Position numbers and translations under genes: made by a program. Shown piece by piece: positions 42,949 to 45,842 of a DNA stretch of 45,842 nt. The stretch's first letter is position 1; every line of letters begins with the position of its first letter. Source of the stretch: a virus (lineage: Duplodnaviria; Caudoviricetes); IMG/VR virus record IMGVR_UViG_3300048890_000087, positions 1-45,842 of that record. One strand, written 5' to 3'. The notes under the pieces were generated by a model. That model worked only from the letters and a program-made list of their open reading frames with translations, ran no database searches and was not told the origin of the DNA.

Positions 42949-43958
42949 CAGGCGACCGCCCTCGTGCGGGGTTTATAGACGGCGGCGATGTGCTGCGCCA
43001 GCGGGAAGGGGATCTTGGCTATCTGGGCCGATGCGGCTTTGCGGGCCTGTGAGATCACTGCGGCGTCCTTCAGTCCGTTTTCATTCTCATGCGGGCTGGT
43101 TAGATGAACGCCTTTTCCGCCATTGCGCCGCGGGTCTGAATAGACCGGGACTTTCTGCCCCGCTGGATTGGCCTTTCGGCCACGCATAGCATCTATACCG
43201 GCCGCAACGCTGCCCGACCATTTCAACTCCGTTCCGTCGTTCCTTCCGAGCGGTCCATTGCCAATCGGCAAATGCTGATGAAGCAGCTTCCGCTGGCCAT
43301 ATTTCAAATCGTCCATCGCCCGCTTTGGTGGCACCTTCAGCGCAATCGGCATGAGCGCTGGCACATCACCCCACAGATGGAAACTGCCGTAGTTCCAAAC
43401 GCTTCGACCGACCCACGGCTGGGCGCCACGGACATTTTCAACGATGAGCGGGATGTATCGGCCCGCAGCTTCGCAGGCTTCCCGCTGAATCCGAAAGCAC
43501 GCATCGAACAGGCGATTATCCGGCCCTTCGGTTTCCCACTTCCGCCGCAGCGCCTTCGCCGCTTTGGAGTTCTCCGGGTTACTGGATCTGCTCCACGGCA
43601 TCGCCAGGTAGCTGTAGTTCTGGCATGGCGGCGAGGCGACGATAACGGCGGCGTCCTTAAACTGGCTGCCGTGCAACGTGAGCACATCCTGAATAACCAA
43701 CTGGCCGGGATAACTGACCAGCCTGCGCCTCGTCTGTGCGTTCGGCCCTTCCATACCAAGACTGACCGCGCAGCCTTGGGTCCAGCCGCGCTTCTCAACT
43801 GGCTTCGTATGCTTGTGGCCGTCGTCATCTCCGGATACATCCGGCATCCAGTACTCATGGCGCTCGATATCGAAGCCGACCACATCGTACCCTTCGGCCA
43901 GAAACCCTTCGGCCCAGCCGCCTAAACCACAGAACAGATCGAAACAGAGCGGCCGCAT
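42948..43958 (-). CDS. DNA (cytosine-5) methyltransferase
   Basis: DLFCGLGG (motif I), ASPPCQ (IV), IVENV (VI), C-terminal IAKIPFPLA; ATG 43958 with a GGAGGGG RBS. Confidence 0.85.
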   Translation of the reverse strand: MRPLCFDLFCGLGGWAEGFLAEGYDVVGFDIERHEYWMPDVSGDDDGHKHTKPVEKRGWTQGCAVSLGMEGPNAQTRRRLVSYPGQLVIQDVLTLHGSQFKDAAVIVASPPCQNYSYLAMPWSRSSNPENSKAAKALRRKWETEGPDNRLFDACFRIQREACEAAGRYIPLIVENVRGAQPWVGRSVWNYGSFHLWGDVPALMPIALKVPPKRAMDDLKYGQRKLLHQHLPIGNGPLGRNDGTELKWSGSVAAGIDAMRGRKANPAGQKVPVYSDPRRNGGKGVHLTSPHENENGLKDAAVISQARKAASAQIAKIPFPLAQHIAAVYKPRTRAVA

Positions 43959-43981
43959 CTCAGGACCCCTCCGCAACTGCC

Positions 43982-44002
43982 GGTGGCAAAAAAGTGCCAA
44001 AA
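43982..44002 (+). repeat. Integrase arm-type site, left arm: GGTGGCAAAAAAGTGCCAAAA
   Basis: Identical 21-bp copy at 44214-44234; built from two GTG(G/C)CAAAA units. Confidence 0.75.
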
Positions 44003-44061
44003 CGAGGACTCTGAAACGGCGATTTTGTCGAATGTATAGGGGATGAGGCGGGTAACGCGAT

Positions 44062-44109
44062 GGTCTGCAAAACCCTTATTCGTCGGTTCGATCCCGACCC
44101 GCACCTCCA
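44062..44109 (+). tRNA. 3' half of tRNA-Cys(GCA), the attP core; not a complete tRNA
   Basis: GGT-CTGCAAA-ACC anticodon arm, GTCGG-TTCGATC-CCGAC T-arm, CCGCACC-T-CCA end; no upstream 5' acceptor strand (GGTGCGG) or proper D-arm. Confidence 0.85.
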
Positions 44110-44190
44110 TAAAAACATTGATAAATACATCATTTTAAAAGGCTTTACGCCCGCTCCTGTTTTGGCTCTGGTTTGCCCCGGATGGCGCGT

Positions 44191-44234
44191 TTTTGGCACT
44201 TTTGTCTCCTGTAGGTGGCAAAAAAGTGCCAAAA
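44191..44234. repeat. Integrase arm-type sites, right arm
   Basis: Inverted TTTTGGCACTTTT (44191-44203) and the direct 21-mer (44214-44234). Confidence 0.75.
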
Positions 44235-44257
44235 GAATTGTATTATGATGAGCACCT

Positions 44258-44677
44258 ATGAATGACAAAGTTTGCCTGAGATGCGGCCATAACTGGGTGC
44301 CGAGAATAGAGAGACGGCCAGTCCAATGTCCGGTGTGTAAAAGCCCGTATTGGGACAAGCCAAGAAACAAAGAGGCAGGTAAACCGCTGGGTAGGCCACC
44401 CGGTTCTGTTGGCAGAGGCAGACCGCGATCCGGTCTAACACCGATACCACTTCCGATTCCAGCAAAACTGATCCCGGTGGATTTCAACGAACGCGAGCAA
44501 CTCATCGCTGACCTCGATCTCTGGCGGCGGAAGAATGGCGTCGCTTTAGAGACGGAGCGGTCTCTCCGGAATCGGAGCACCGCTCAACTGCGGAAGATGT
44601 ATGCAATGGCTCGTGATCCAACGACTCGGGTCTTATCCAGCCTGAATCGTACATGGAAGAAACAACAGCGGGCTTGA
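44258..44677 (+). CDS. Zn-ribbon plus AT-hook DNA-binding protein
   Basis: CLRCGHNWVPR....PVQCPVCKSPYWD; LGRPPGSVGRGRPR. Confidence 0.7.
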   Translation: MNDKVCLRCGHNWVPRIERRPVQCPVCKSPYWDKPRNKEAGKPLGRPPGSVGRGRPRSGLTPIPLPIPAKLIPVDFNEREQLIADLDLWRRKNGVALETERSLRNRSTAQLRKMYAMARDPTTRVLSSLNRTWKKQQRA

Positions 44678-45746
44678 GTCTCGCCTGCTCCAGTTTCAGC
44701 ATTCCCTCATCGATGTGATCGGCGGTGATGTGCACGTACTTCATGACCGAGCGCAGGTTGGCGTGGCCCAAAGTTGCCGCCAGAATCGGGAGCGGCATTC
44801 CGTCCGCAGCTGCCCTCGTGGCAAATGTGTGACGGAAATCGTAGGGTACGAAAGCTAACTTACAGGCGTCAAGAACCTCGCCGTGAATCCGCCACGTCGG
44901 CCCGCGGTGCTGCTGCGGATCCTGCGGCGAAGGGAAGATGAACGGGCCGGGTCCCGACATTCGCCGGGCGAGAATGGCGGTCGATTCGAGCGTCAGCTTC
45001 AGTCGGCGCCGGGCAGCCTTCGTTTTTCCGCTCGCGATGTAGAGCCAGCGGTTCATCAGGTCGATGCTGTCTTTCCGGAGCTCGAGAAACTCTTCCGGCC
45101 GGCAGCCCTGCTGGAGCATCAGGCGTCCGAAGTCGGCCAGATCAAGATAGGACTCCTGCCCGCGGGACGGAATGAACCGGGCCGCTTTGTCCATCCAGCG
45201 GCACGTATCGAAGTACAGCCGTTCCTGTGCCGGGCTCAGAATGTTCATCCGAACGGCATCGGCGTCAGATGGGATATCGACCTTGCGAATCAGGTTCTCG
45301 CGTGCCCAGTGCTTTTTCGTCGCGTATTGCCAGAACAGGCTGAGCGCGTGCAGGTCATGCCGGACCGAGACTTCGGTGATCCTCATCTTCCGCCGATATG
45401 CCTTGAAGTCCTCGATGTCGCCGACCGTGATGGCCGAGACCGCCTTCTTGCCGAAGAAGATCCCGGCGGATGTGAACGAGCTCCTGATGCGCAGATACGA
45501 ACCGCGGCGATCGCCCCTGTACTCGCCTTCAGCCCATGCGAGAAATTGTGTAGCGGCGTCACTGAACGGCAGTGCCTGGATCTTCAGAAGATGAGCTTTC
45601 CCATCGAGAACCAGCTGCCTTGCCGCGGCTTCCTGCTGCTCGGCCTTTTTCCGATTGTGTTCGGTGGCCGCCAAGCCGGTCGGCTGGTTGTATTGCACGC
45701 CGTCGACCTTGAACCGGATGTACCATTTTCCGTTCGACTCTCGCAT
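44502..45746 (-). CDS. int: Tyrosine recombinase/integrase
   Basis: N-terminal arm-binding GKWYIRFKVDG; catalytic GCRPEE (R), GKT (K), YDFRHTFATR, LGH, KY; ATG 45746 with a purine-rich RBS. Confidence 0.92.
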   Translation of the reverse strand: MRESNGKWYIRFKVDGVQYNQPTGLAATEHNRKKAEQQEAAARQLVLDGKAHLLKIQALPFSDAATQFLAWAEGEYRGDRRGSYLRIRSSFTSAGIFFGKKAVSAITVGDIEDFKAYRRKMRITEVSVRHDLHALSLFWQYATKKHWARENLIRKVDIPSDADAVRMNILSPAQERLYFDTCRWMDKAARFIPSRGQESYLDLADFGRLMLQQGCRPEEFLELRKDSIDLMNRWLYIASGKTKAARRRLKLTLESTAILARRMSGPGPFIFPSPQDPQQHRGPTWRIHGEVLDACKLAFVPYDFRHTFATRAAADGMPLPILAATLGHANLRSVMKYVHITADHIDEGMLKLEQARLKPAVVSSMYDSGWIRPESLDHEPLHTSSAVERCSDSGETAPSLKRRHSSAARDRGQR

Positions 45747-45842
45747 TTCCCTGTTCCTCGCGTGGAGTGACTTCGCAACCAATTTTGTATTGCTCGATGC
45801 TTTCCGGGCGGTAGCGGACAATGCCGCCGATCTTGAGATAGA
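45559..45842 (-). CDS. Excisionase-like HTH protein, C-terminal part (continues from 55..1)
   Basis: YLKIGGIVRYRPESIEQY is the wing of Xis-type HTH proteins; immediately upstream of and overlapping int. Confidence 0.7.
   Translation of the reverse strand, partial: YLKIGGIVRYRPESIEQYKIGCEVTPREEQGNARVERKMVHPVQGRRRAIQPADRLGGHRTQSEKGRAAGSRGKAAGSRWESSSSEDPGTAVQ

Larger units (their letters stand above)
43982..44234. mobile_element. attP site of a temperate phage integrating into tRNA-Cys
   Basis: tRNA fragment flanked on both sides by arm repeats (43982, 44191 inverted, 44214); IHF-like AAAAACATTGATA at 44111-44123; adjacent tyrosine integrase. Confidence 0.8.
1..45842. mobile_element. Near-complete temperate siphophage genome in excised/circular configuration
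   Basis: Full set of head, tail, packaging, replication and integration modules; no tail sheath; no host genes; intact attP. Confidence 0.88.

Noticed and set aside
29897-43958. C5-methyltransferase/TET/glycosyltransferase DNA hypermodification system
   Set aside because: No 2OG-Fe(II) TET/JBP dioxygenase or hydroxymethylase could be recognised; kept only as a lower-ranked alternative
44036-44109. Complete phage-encoded tRNA-Cys
   Set aside because: No 5' strand complementary to the CCGCACC acceptor, no proper D-arm, and a mismatch in the outer anticodon stem; it is better explained as the attP core
43982-44234. 21-bp direct repeats as attL/attR or a transposon target duplication
   Set aside because: They are only about 230 bp apart, internally dimeric and have an inverted partner, which fits integrase arm sites
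4197-44256. GAGCAC seen upstream of three + strand genes (near 4197, 21100 and 44250)
   Set aside because: A 6-mer at inconsistent spacing that is common elsewhere in this GC-rich sequence; not distinguishable from chance by eye
45745-45751. G GGA AAT slippery-like heptamer suggesting a Xis-Int fusion
   Set aside because: Int is in the +1 frame relative to Xis; a -1 shift would enter a short third frame

Overview
The window is an almost complete temperate, lambda-like siphophage genome of about 45.8 kb, captured in its excised (attP) form. Both window ends fall inside one excisionase-like HTH gene. An intact attP (3' half of tRNA-Cys(GCA) with arm-type repeats on both sides) lies beside a tyrosine integrase. 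Nearly all genes are on the - strand. Read around the circle from a divergent pair of ribbon-helix-helix regulators (about 4.2 kb), the order is: recombination genes, VRR-NUC nuclease, Xis, Int, attP, C5 methyltransferase, replication initiator/loader, ParB-adenine methyltransferase, TerS/TerL, an 8-kb glycan-biosynthesis island (four GT2 glycosyltransferases, an RmlC-like cupin, an RmlD-like reductase fused to a SAM methyltransferase, and a second methyltransferase), portal, a cassette of exported proteins including a clan GH-A glycoside hydrolase, protease/scaffold, capsid, M15 peptidase, head-tail proteins, tail tube, tail chaperones with a -1 frameshift, tape measure and tail-tip proteins. 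The best candidate for an undescribed system is the glycosylation island, together with the exported hydrolase cassette and a family of tiny AT-hook/Zn-finger genes at module boundaries. All product calls come from motif recognition by eye; no database search was run. A host in the Acidobacteriota is only a weak impression.
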